Of a stretch of 64,000 nucleotides of DNA, positions 1-10,968 are shown piece by piece. The notes beneath the pieces are model-generated. The model had not been told where the DNA came from. It saw nothing but the letters and a program-made list of their open reading frames with translations, and ran no database searches. The position numbers and the translations under genes are program-made. Position 1 is the stretch's first letter. Each line of letters begins with the position of its first letter. Location of the stretch: NCBI GenBank assembly GCA_036785375.1, contig JAWMAR010000085.1, forward strand, positions 7,688,001 through 7,752,000, in the 5' to 3' direction. The DNA is from Leucoraja ocellata (taxonomy: Eukaryota).

Positions 1-1095
1 TCATCGGTCACCCGTTCACACTAACTAGCTCTACATTATCCCATCATTTTCTCATCAATCCCTACACATTAGGGGCAATTTACAGGGGTCAATTAAACTA
101 TACATTGCACATGAACCTGGTGGTCATGGTTTTCAGGCTTTCTGCACCCTTTTCCCAATGATGGGAGAGAAAAGAGAGCACGGCCAGGGTGGTCAAGGTC
201 TTTGATGATGCCTTCTGTTGACCCCTTTGATGATGGACCCCATGATAGGACAGTTCACCACTCTCCATAATCATTCCTGGGTGTTCAAGTTGCCGAACCA
301 GGCCGTGATGCAGTCTGTGTAGGAAGGATGCTGGTTTACACCGAAGATAGACAAAAAGCTGGAGTAACTCAGCCGGTTAGACAGCATCTCTGGAGAAAAG
401 AAATGGGTGACGTTTTGAATCAAGACCGTTCTTCTGAATGAGACCCGGGGGAGAGGGAATCCAGAGATATGAAAAGGTACATAGAACAAATTAATGAAAG
501 ATAATACAAAAAGACAGATCAAAGCCAGCAATGATTATCAATGAAAGGTGGAGCCCTCAATGGTCTATTGTTGGCTATGGGGAAGGTGACAATGAGTAAT
601 ACAAACAGTGTAAATGGAGTCTATTGTAAATCCTCCTCCCAATCTGTTTCTGACCAATATTTATGAGCCAACCTACTGACTGGGTCTCCTCGCACAAGGT
701 GTAGATGCAGATTGCCTTCAGTCGGCATGCAGCATTTATGCGTGTGGCACTCCAGGCTTATCCAAATCCACCCACAAATTCATTCTCAATTCAGAATTTT
801 AGCTTTCCACTAATACCTAGGGCTTCAATTGTACAGAGAAGCCTCTTATTTAATACCTCAGCAAAAGCCTTCTGAAAGCTGCATTTGTATATGTGATAAC
901 TGCACAAAATTCGAAAGTCGGTTGCTATATTTATGTTAGTGCCGTATTCATAAATGGAATTTCCATTTCTGCATTTTTCTACTATTGTTAGTTTATATGC
1001 CCGCTATGCTTGTCATTTATTTGATAATCTTTCACACTGTATGTAGCAATCAATATGATATTGCCATGATATAGCAACTTTCAATATAATGTTTA

Positions 1096-1398
1096 GTTTA
1101 GAGATACAGCGCAGAAACAGGCCCTTTGGCCCACCGAGTCTGTGCCAACCAGTAATCCCCGCACATTAACACTACCCTACACACACTCGGGACAATGTAC
1201 TTATAACAAGCCAATTTACTTACAAACCTGTACGTCTTTGGTGTGTGGGAGGAAACCAAAGATCTCGGAGCAAACCCACGCGGACACGGGGAGAACGTAC
1301 ACTCCGTACAGACAGCATCCGTAGTCCGGATCGAACCCGGGACTCGTGCGCCGCAAGCGCTGTAAGGCAGCAACTCTACATCTGCGCCACCGCGCCGC
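1096..1398 (-). mobile_element. tRNA-derived SINE (elasmobranch HE1/V-SINE-like). Other - strand copies at ~1652-1885, 6382-6691, 12135-12635, 19175-19472, 24615-24925, 33362-33552, 60995-61293
   Basis: A box TGGCGCAG..GTAG, B box GGTTCGATCC, shared core, CR1-like tail GGGCCTGTTTC..GCTGTATCTCTAAAC(TAAAC)n. Confidence 0.88.
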
Positions 1399-2262
1399 AC
1401 TACTTATCATTTTTAAAGCTTCCTTTTTCTAAAGAAAACAGTGAGAATATTTCCCAATCAAGATGTTTTTAACTGATATACATCGTTGTTATCTTTAAAC
1501 TCGTCATGTCATAGAGCCATACAGTGAGGAAACAGGCCCTTCGGCCCAACCTGCCCACACTGACCAACATGTCCCATCTACACTAGTCCCACCTGCCTGC
1601 ATTTGGTCCATATACCTCTAAACCTGTCCTATCCATGTACATGTCTAAATGTTTAGTTTAGTTTAGACATACAGCGCGGAAACAGGCCCTTCGGCCCACC
1701 GGGTCCGTGCCGACCTGCCATCCACACACATTAACACCATCCTACACACACCAGGGACAATTTACCTTTATACCAAGCCAATTAACCTACAAACCTGCAC
1801 GTCTTTGGAGTGTGGGAGGAAACCGAAGATCCCACGCAGGTCATGGGGACAAAGTGCAAACTCCGTACAGACAGCACCAGTAGTCGGGTGCTTCCAACTT
1901 TCAGGTGCAATGTTTCTTAAACGTTGCGATAGTACCTGCCTCAACTATATTCTGCACTCTGTATCTTCCCCTTTGCTCTACCTATTATACTAAGTTTGAC
2001 TTTGTTTATGAGTTTTGTTCTATTATCTGATCTGATTGGATAGCATGCAAATCAAAGCTGTACCTTGGTACACATGACAATAATAAACAAGAACCTAAAC
2101 AAATTTGTACGAAGGAACAGCAGATATTCTTTTTTTAATACGTATAGTTTTCAACGGGCCCGGTATTCACACCGCCTTTGTGCTGCTCGCTCTCTCCGCT
2201 CCTGCAACCGGAAGCTCCCACCACGTTGGGTGCAACGGGAGCCTTGGTCCGCTATAACCGAA

Positions 2263-2303
2263 ATCCGATATATAGGTTATATCCGATATATAGGTTATAT
2301 CCG
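2263..2303. repeat. 18-bp tandem duplication ATCCGATATATAGGTTAT
   Basis: Two exact copies plus a partial third, within a CpG-rich patch at ~2140-2318. Confidence 0.8.
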
Positions 2304-2321
2304 TTTGAGGGTTTACAGAAT

Positions 2322-2349
2322 CTGAAGAAGGGTCTCAACCTGAAACGTC
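2322..2349 (+). ncRNA. Minimal hammerhead ribozyme motif
   Basis: CUGAAGA-A-GGGUCUCAACCU-GAAA-CG-UC. Confidence 0.6.
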
Positions 2350-3168
2350 ACCTATTCTTTTTTTCCAGAGATGCTGCCTGACCCACTGAGTTGCTCCAGC
2401 GTTTTGTGTCTATCAGTTATAGAGCAGTTATTGCAAGGATTTGCTGTATTGGATGAACCACTTTGGTGACGTACACTAGTGAGAGATTGAAGAGCGTTAA
2501 TGTTTTTTTTATTAGCTGACATCCGCATAAGGCAGGACTGACTAGTTCCTGTAAATTGCCCTCCGTCTGAGACGGCTGTCTGGTCCCACTGTCTATCCAA
2601 TTCCGTATGCTGGAGTAATGTCTTCTTTTGATGAATAGATTGTCATAATGACAGTAAATTGCTGCTCCAGCAATGACTTTTTTTCCCCAGCCCTTCTTGC
2701 AAAGGCAACACTACAATTAATGCTGTTACACAAAATTCTTTCTCGTTCTGGTAAACATAGCTGGAGGCTGGGTAAATTCCACACAATACTACGTATCAAG
2801 TGTTGGTTTTAGATTGTGCTCTTTGCGTAAGGAGTATTGGCATCTGTTACCAGAGTAGATGGGTGTACAGTAGCAACACAATGGAGCAGCGGGTAGAGCC
2901 ACTGCCTCACCACACCAGAGACCCAGGTTCGTTCCTGTCGGTGTGTGTGGAGTTTGCATGCTCTCCCAGTGACCACATAGGTTTACTCCTGATGCTCCGG
3001 CTTCCTCCCACCTCCCAAAGACGTGCAGGTTTGCTTTTCACAATGCAAATAGAACTGCAAGTAAAAATGTATTTGTTCTGTTTTGGTGCATATTGACTCT
3101 TGAACTAGTGTGAACAGGTGATCGCTGGCCAGTGTGGGGCCCGTTTCCTTGCTGTATCTCCAAACTAA

Positions 3169-3512
3169 ATAGATACATAGATACGTAGAAAATAGGTGCA
3201 GGAGTAGGCCATTCGGCCCTTCGAGCCTGCACCGCCATTCAATATGATCATTGCTGACCATCCAACTCGGTATCCCTTTAGCCACAAGGGCCACATCTAA
3301 CTAACTACCTCTTAAATATAGCCAATGAACTGGCCTCAACTACCCTCTGTGGCAGAGAGTTCCAGAGATTCACCACTCTCTGTGTGAAAAATGTTTTTCT
3401 CATCTTGGTCTTAAAGGATTTCCCCATTATCCTTAAGCTGTGACCCCTTGTCCTGGACTTCCCCAACATCGGGAACAATCTTCCTGCATCTAGCCTGTCC
3501 AACCCCTTAAGA
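3169..3512 (-). mobile_element. CR1 3' fragment; similar pieces at ~6742-6993, 11678-12110, 13672-13952, 14930-15350(+), 17590-18045, 21530-21965, 22900-23190, 26060-26380(+), 39013-39420, 48000-48500, 49710-49985(+), 54880-55230
   Basis: DRLDAGRLFP...SRTRGHSL...FFTQRVVNLWNSLP motif and conserved CR1 3' UTR. Confidence 0.85.
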
Positions 3513-5049
3513 TTAAAATGTAAATATCACTCTCTGAATCAGAATTATTAAAGGAAAGTCCAAAAGCTCAAGAAAATTCCACGCCCTTTGTTTGAAGGTG
3601 AGGAGGGCAAGATTTAACAGGAAACTGAGGGGCAACTTTGATTAGTACAGGTGACAGGAATTATGGGGAGAAGACTGTCAAGTGTCATGCTCGGTATTGG
3701 AAAGCAGCCAACAGCTTAGTCACTGTGTAGTAAGGAACTGCAGATGCTGGTTTACACTGAAGATAGACACAAAATGCTGGAGTAACTCAGCGGGTCAGGC
3801 AGCGTCTCTGGAGAAAAGGAATAGGTGATTTTGGGTCGAGATCCTTCCTCAGACTGAGAGTCAGGGGAGAGGGGAACTAGAAATATGAAGAGGTACAACC
3901 GTTTTGGCTCAATAACCTTCCTCGGGCTGAGAGAACTTTAGGCCGAAGGACTTGTTTCTGTTATTTTTAGTGCGTCTTAATGTATGTTTTAATGTTTTTC
4001 GGTATGTCTGATGTGGGGTGTTGCGGGGCGGTGGGGGGGATATAGGGGGAAACCGTTTTCAGTCACTTACCTCGACGGAGTTGCGACTTTTCTTCTTGTC
4101 GCATCTTCGTCCCCCTCACGGCCTAACACCTGGTTTGGTGCGGCCTCTCCAGACCAGAGACTGGCCCAGAACTTCGGCAGCAGGTGCAGTGCGGACTTAC
4201 CATCGCAGAGCCTGGGATCCCTTGCCGGGGATCGCCAGAAGAAGTGCTCCGACCGCTGGCGATCTTTAACATCATGAAGCCGCAGTCTCCGGTAAGAAGC
4301 GGCCGATTCAGGAACTCCAAGCCGCGGAGTGTGTTCTAATCCATCCCGATGTCGGAGTTTCGATCATCCCGACAAGAGGGCTTGTACATCGGGCCGTCCG
4401 TAACGGCGACTGCGGAGGGTCAAGGCTCCGACCACAGGTGAACAAAGGAGGAAGATTGACTGAATTTATCGCCTTCCATCACAGTGAGGAGTGCTGATTC
4501 CACTGTATGTCTGTATGTTAACTGAAATATCACTGTACCTTAATTTGTGCATGTGACAATAAATGTCAACTTGAACTTGAACTCTGTCTCTAAACTAAAC
4601 TAACTGCTGTGAATTTGGTGTTTGAACCGATTTGGGTGGAAGTTAAATCATGTTCTTCAAAGTGAAAGTTGAGTCGCTGCAGAAATGTAATCCTCCTGAC
4701 TGAAACTTGATCCCAGGCTCAGTTTAATTCAAACCCATCTGTCCTTAAAGGCAGAAAGAGCCGAGATATTTCAGTCAGCATTATTCTAATCCCAGCTGTG
4801 ATGCATAATGCTGTAAGACATTGCTGATGAAGCAAATGAACCTTAACCATTAACCTGTTTCATTTGCAGATGCTGATTGAGTATTATTTGACTTACACGA
4901 TTTTCTGCTTCTGTTTCAAGCTTACAATTTTTACTTTTGTTTAATGAAGATAATGGAGAATAGATAGGGTGAATCAGTGGGCCAAAGGACCTGTTTCCAC
5001 ATTGCATCTCTAAACTAAACTAAGAACTAAACAACAAGGTGGTGACCCT

Positions 5050-5810
5050 CATAAGTTCAAGGAGCAGAACTACGCCATTGACCCATCAAATCTACTCCAC
5101 CATTCAATCATGGCTGATCTATCTTTCCCTCTCAACCCCATTCCCCTGCCTTCTCCTCATAACCTCTGACACACGTACTAATCAAGAAATGTATCAATCG
5201 CCACCTTAAAAATATGCATCGACTTGGTCTACACAGCCATCTGTGGCAATTAATTCAACCAGATTCACCACCCTTTGATTAAAGAAAATGCTCCTTCTCT
5301 CCTTTCTAAAGGTACGTCCTTTTATTGTGAGACCATGGCCTATGTTCCTTGACTCTCCCACTAGTGGAAACATCCACATCCACTCTATCCAGGCCCTTCA
5401 CGATTTGGTAAGTTTCAATGAGGTGTCCCCTCATCCTTCTAAACTCCAGCGAGTACAGGCCCAATGCCTTCAAATGCTTCTCATACATTAATCCAATCAT
5501 TCCTGGGATCATTCTCGTAAACCCCCTCTTGTCCCTCTCCATCGCCAGCACATCCTTCCTCAGATACGGGGCCCAAAACTGCTCACAAATGTGGTCTGGC
5601 CAGTACTTTTTAAAGCCTCGGCGTTACAATCCTGTTTTTTTTTTTTGTATTTTAGCCCTCTTAAAATAAATGCTAATGTTGCATTTGCCTTCCATACTTC
5701 AACTTGCAAGTTCATTTTTTGGGAATCCTGCACTAGCACCCCTAGGTTCCTGTGCACCTCAGATTCCTGAATTCTCTCCCCATTTAGAAAATAGTCTATG
5801 CCTTTATTCC
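5050..5810 (-). mobile_element. CR1 3' fragment
   Basis: FTRMIPGM...LGLYSLEFRRMRG.LIETY plus CR1 3' UTR. Confidence 0.85.
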
Positions 5811-7563
5811 TTGGGGATGGGGCAAGGGGTGAGGAATGTACAGGTAGAAAAAATAAAATAAAGAATTGAGACCATTGAAGTGAAAATATTTATGGATATT
5901 TATTACCATCTCCTTTGCACTGAGGCAGATGCATCGCACATTTCACTGGTTTATGAAACGGCGATTTATCTCCATTCTAAATTGATTTGAAAATCCATTG
6001 AAACCTGGAACCGGCTGTAATGTAATGTATGTAACAGAATGATGCTTTTGTACAGACTCCAATTATTTGAAAGCCCAGATTTCCTAAGCTCATTAAAGAT
6101 TGTGTTTCCTACACAAAGAAATAAACAATCAGTTCTATATTGTTTTATAGAATAATTTGAAATCCTTTTAAATGTATTTGTCATACATTAATAGGTAAGT
6201 AAATAAATGCCATTGTCAGTGTATGTGGAGATTAAGTAATTTATTCAATGCCATCCCCTTAATTTGCACCGTTTGCCATTGGTGATTTGTGTGCACTGTG
6301 CCAACTGGTATAACGGCGCATCATGCAAAAATGAAAACGGTATCCAGGGTTGGAACTTTCACCAGTCAGTGAAGAGTCATGTTTAGTGTAGAGATACATC
6401 ATGGAAACAGGCCCTTTGGCCCATTGAGTCCACGCCGACCATTGATCACCCCTTCACACTAGTTCTGTTATCCCACTTTCTCACCCACTCCCTACACACT
6501 TAGGGTAATTTACAGCGCAAATTAACCGACAAACCTCACACGTCTTTGGGATGTGGGAGGAAACTGGAGCATCACAGAGCAGGCAAAGGGAGAACATGCA
6601 AACTGTACTCGCAGACAGCAACCAAGGTCAGGATCGAACCCGGGTCTCTCACGCTGTGAGGCAGTGGCTCTACCCGGTGTGCCACTGTGCCACTGTTGTC
6701 CCGTGTAACTGGAGGAACGAAACCCATTATTAGAAACAAAGAAGCATAGAAAATAGGTGCATCAGGCCATTTGGCCCTTCAAGCCAGCACCGCCATTCAA
6801 TGTGATCATGGCTGATCATCCACAATCAGTAATCGGTGCCTGCCTTCTCCCCATATCCCTTGATTCCGCTAGCCCCTTGAGCTCTATCTAACTCTCTTTT
6901 AAATCCATTAAAGGCCTCCACTGCCTTCTGTGACAAGTGCACAACTCTCTGGGTGAAAAAAAAATATTTTTTCTCATCTCAGTTTTAAATGGCCACACAC
7001 GCACACACCCAACTCGCAGGCTCAGCTAGAGAGGGGGCAGGAGCAGAGGGAGGGCGGGGGCGGCAGAGTGGGAGGGGGTAGAGTTTGAGGGGCGGGAAGG
7101 GGACATGCAGCGCCACAGGGGAGGGCTAGTTCCCGAACGCAATATTCCCTCATTCCAGCTCCTGCTCCAGGCGCCAGAGCGAGGCCAGGGAGTGGGGAGA
7201 TTGTTCAGCTTTGGTCTTCAGTCCACAGCCTGACTTGCTCGTTCTTTGTGTGTCTCTTTTGAGTAACGAGGTGGGGGGGGGGGGCGTCACTCGCTGCACT
7301 TGGAAGAAGGCAGGCACGGAGATCCATTGTGATGTCATCAGCGAGATTCCGGCGTTTTTTTACAGATTTTTGTACATTTTCATTAATAACTGGAGAAATA
7401 AAGGATGAATTTTTCAGGTAAGGCGATTTTGGACTCCAGGGGGAATATCTCCACCAGAACATGCAAAAGTGTAATCATTAGCGCGTCATTTTTTCAAGAA
7501 GATGTGATTATACACAAACAAATAAACACACATCCAAGATCAGAGGTTTAAGCATATAAGATA

Positions 7564-8512
7564 TGTTTCTATAAGACCCCTTCTCTGCAAATTTGCTAGT
7601 GTCACTTTTAATTCGATCATCTAAATCATTAATATACTGTAAATAGTTGCGCCCTCAGCACCGAGCCTTGCAGCACTTCACTCGCCACTGCCTGCCATTT
7701 TGATAGGGACCGGTTTATTCCTACTTTTTGTTTCCTGTCTGCCAACCAATTCTCTATCCATATTAATACCCTACCCCCAATACCATGTGCTCTAATTTTG
7801 CCCACTAATCTCCTGTGTTGGTCCTTATCAAGGGCTTTCTGAAAGTCCAAATACACCACATCCACTGGCTTTCCTTCATACATTTTACTTGTTTCATCCT
7901 CAAAAAATTCAAGAAGGAGTGCTGGCTCGAAGGGCCAAATGGCCTACTCCTGCACCTGTTGTCTATTAGTCAAGCATGATTTCCCGTTCATAAATCCATA
8001 CTGACTTGGACCAATCCTTTTACTGCCATCCAAATGCGCCATTATTACTTCTTTAATAATTGACTCTTCCCCACCACAGATGTCAGGCTAGCTGGTCTAT
8101 AATTCCACGTTTTCTCTCTCGCTCCGTTCTTGAAAAGTGGGATAACATTAGCTACCCTCCAATCCACAGGAACTGATCCTGAATCGAGAGAACATTGTAA
8201 AATTATCACCAATTAGTCCACAATTTCTAGAGCCACCTCCTTGAGTACCCTGGGATGCAGACCATCAGGCCCTGGGGAATTATCAGCCTTCAGTCCCATC
8301 AGTCTACCCAATATTATTTCTTGCCTAATGCAAATTTCTTTCAGTTCCTCTGTCTCCCTAGATCCTCTGTCCTCTAGTACATCTGGGAGATTGTTTGTGT
8401 CTTTCTTGGTGAAGACAGAACCAAAGTACCTGTTCAACTCTTCTGCCATTTCCTTGTTCCCCATAATAATTTCACCTGTTTCTGCCTTCAAGGGACCCAC
8501 ATTTACTAATCT
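7564..8512 (-). mobile_element. CR1 ORF2 RT fragment
   Basis: ORFs 8213-8500 (SPGPDGLHPRVLKE) and 7629-7883 (VDVVYLDFQKA...QGSVL) are near-copies of the long CR1. Confidence 0.88.
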
Positions 8513-10053
8513 TTTCCCCCCAGATATGTAGCATTTACGAAGCTTTTAGAGAGGCACTTGGATATGTAGGGGATGCAGGCATATGGATCAGGTGAAGGCA
8601 GAGGAGTGTAGGAAGACACTGCAGATGCTGGTTTAACCCGAAGATAGATAGACACAAAAAGCTGGAGTAATCCAGTGGGTCAGACAGCATCTCTGGAGAA
8701 AAGGAATAGGTGACGGAATGGGTCAAGACCCTTCTTCAGACTGAGAGTCAGGGGAAAGGGAAACGAGGGGATTGGTTTATCTTGGCTTCATGTTGGGCAT
8801 GGATATTGTGGGCTGAAGGGCCTGTTCCTGTGCTGTACTGTTCTATGGACTATCGATCTATCTATGGCGTTCACTTCAACTCGGGATTGAGTGGTGCCAT
8901 CTGCTTCATGATGTCCTGGTGCTGTGTTAGCCATTCGTCATGATGCAGTTTCACTCATAAGTAAACTAAGCGGATGAGCAGTCTTCTCCTAGCATGAAAG
9001 AAAGAACACAATACATAACAGAATTCAACATAAAACATAAACATCCACCACAGTTGAACCAGCAACTCCCGCTGTAGTGGAAGACACAAAAGTTCACTCA
9101 ATCTTCCTCCTCCATTCACCCGTGGTTGGGGCCTTGAACCCTCCGCAGTCGCCGCTACGGAAGGCACGATGTACAGGCCCTCTCGCCAGGGTGATCGAAA
9201 CTCCGACGTCGGGACGGGGACGGATGGGAACACTCCGCGGCGTGGAATTCCTTAATCGGCCGCTTCCTACTGGAGACCGCGGCTTCATGATGCCAAGACC
9301 ACAGGCCCCGCGGTCGGAGCACTTCTTCTGGTGATCCTTGGCAAAGGATCGCAGGCCGCTCCGCGATGTTACAAGTCCGCGCAGGGCCCGCGGCTAGAAG
9401 CTCCACAGATCGAGCTCCACGATGGTAAAGTCAGCAGGCCCCCCGAGGTCGGAGCTCCAACACTGGCGACCCCTGGCAAAGGATCACAGCTCCGCGATGT
9501 CAATGTCCTGCAGAAGCTCTGGGTTCTGGGCTGGTCTCCGGTCGGAAAGGCCACACCAATCCAGTCGTTAGGCTGCGAGAGGGGCGAAAATGGGACATGG
9601 AGAAAAGTCACATCTCCATCGAGGTAATTGCCTGGGAACGGTTTCCCCTATTCCCCCCCCCCCCCCCCCCCCCCCTCTCTCAGCACCCCCCACACCGGGA
9701 GACATACATTCAGACACACTGAAAACAACAAAAAGTCCAAAGAAACACACGAGCTGCTAGCGAGGCTGCCGCGAGTGGCACCATCTTGGGAAATTTGGAC
9801 CGCTGGTCCTGAAATGCCCAGAAACCAGTTGCTGCGTCCCTCTGTGTAAGGTACAACTATTTCTGGGTTGTGCATAAGCCTGTCTATTTGGCAACATCAG
9901 ATATTCTTAAATATGTTTATAACTCTTGATTTTCATGTTGTGAGTGTCTGGGTTACTTATACATTCACATGTGAATGATTCAGATAGTCAAAGGATGTGA
10001 TGACATCAGTGTTGGCAGCATTACATGTTTGTGGATCTTGCAGTTGGAGTAAA

Positions 10054-10325
10054 GGCACAGTGGCGCGGCGGGTAGAGCCACTCCCTCACAAAGCCAGAGA
10101 CCCGAGTTCGATCCTGACCTCAGGTGCTGTCTGCGTGTGTGGAGTTTGCACCTTCTCCCCGTGACCGCGTGGGTTTCCTCCGGGTGCTCCGGTTTCCTCC
10201 TACCTCACAAAGACGTGCAGGTTTGTAGGTAAATTGCCTTCTGTAAATTGCCCCTAGTGTGATCGATGGTCAGCACTGACTCAGTGGGCGGAAGGGCCTG
10301 TTTCCATGTTATATCTCTAAACTAA
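10054..10325 (+). mobile_element. tRNA-derived SINE. Other + strand copies at ~2873-3167, 10970-11262, 18486-18770, 23527-23840, 25343-25610, 26480-26775, 27728-27982, 46461-46787, 56411-56600, 57845-58035
   Basis: GGCACAGTGGCGC...GGTAGAG...GTTCGATCCTGAC head, same core and CR1-type tail as above. Confidence 0.88.
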
Positions 10326-10770
10326 TACGCAATTATCTTTGTTATATCCACTACATTGTGAAAACGTATGAAAATAATGTTATAGATTTTGCCTTTTATG
10401 AATTTGGATCATATCCCAAGGGAGTATTTTGAGTTGTGCACTGATCTATTGACATAGTAGTAAAATATATCGGGTTCAACATCATTTACGTTAGCTATTT
10501 GATGGCACAGTGTATAGTACAAGGAGATGTGTAGAACAACTCGTGCACTGTTGACACAAGGAACTGCAGTTGCTGGTTCACAATCACAGACACAAAGTGC
10601 TCGAGTAACTTGGCGGGTTAGGCAACGTCTCTGGAGAACATGGGATAGGTGACGTTTCGAATTGGGATCCATTGTTGGGGCCTGGAAGGTTATGAATGGT
10701 GATGTCTTTAGGGCTTTGGTCTTTGCTACGAGAATTAAAAATAAGCAGTTTGTATATTGTGGTAGAACTG

Positions 10771-10968
10771 TGCAGGAAGGAACTGCAGACGCTAGTTTAA
10801 ACCGAAGATAGACATAAAATGCTGGAGTGACAGCTGAACAGGCAGCATCTCTGGAGAGAAGGAATGGGTGACGCTTCGGTTAGAGTAGGGTCTCAACCCG
10901 AAAAGTCACCCATTCCTTCTCTCCAGAGATGCTGCCTGTCCTGCTGAGTTACTCCAGCATTTTTTGTC
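10771..10968. mobile_element. Palindromic Penelope-terminus element with 13-bp TSD. Related palindromes at ~12655-12845, 16565-16800, 23893-24075, 29823-30040, 37361-37540
   Basis: Inverted arms (CAAAATGCTGGAG...CAGGCAGCATCTCTGGAGA...GGTGAC and its reverse complement), flanked by TGTGGTAGAACTG at 10758-70 and 10969-81. Confidence 0.8.

Noticed and set aside
2263-2303. CRISPR-like repeat
   Set aside because: A simple tandem duplication with no spacers, in a eukaryotic context.
4064-4082. ACTTACCT...GGAG similarity to the U1 snRNA 5' end in the CpG-rich family
   Set aside because: The match is about 8 bp and is not preserved in the other copies. No further U1 homology is visible.
10054-10125. 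tRNA genes
   Set aside because: A/B boxes are present but continue into the SINE core and CR1 tail with no complete cloverleaf, so these are SINE heads.
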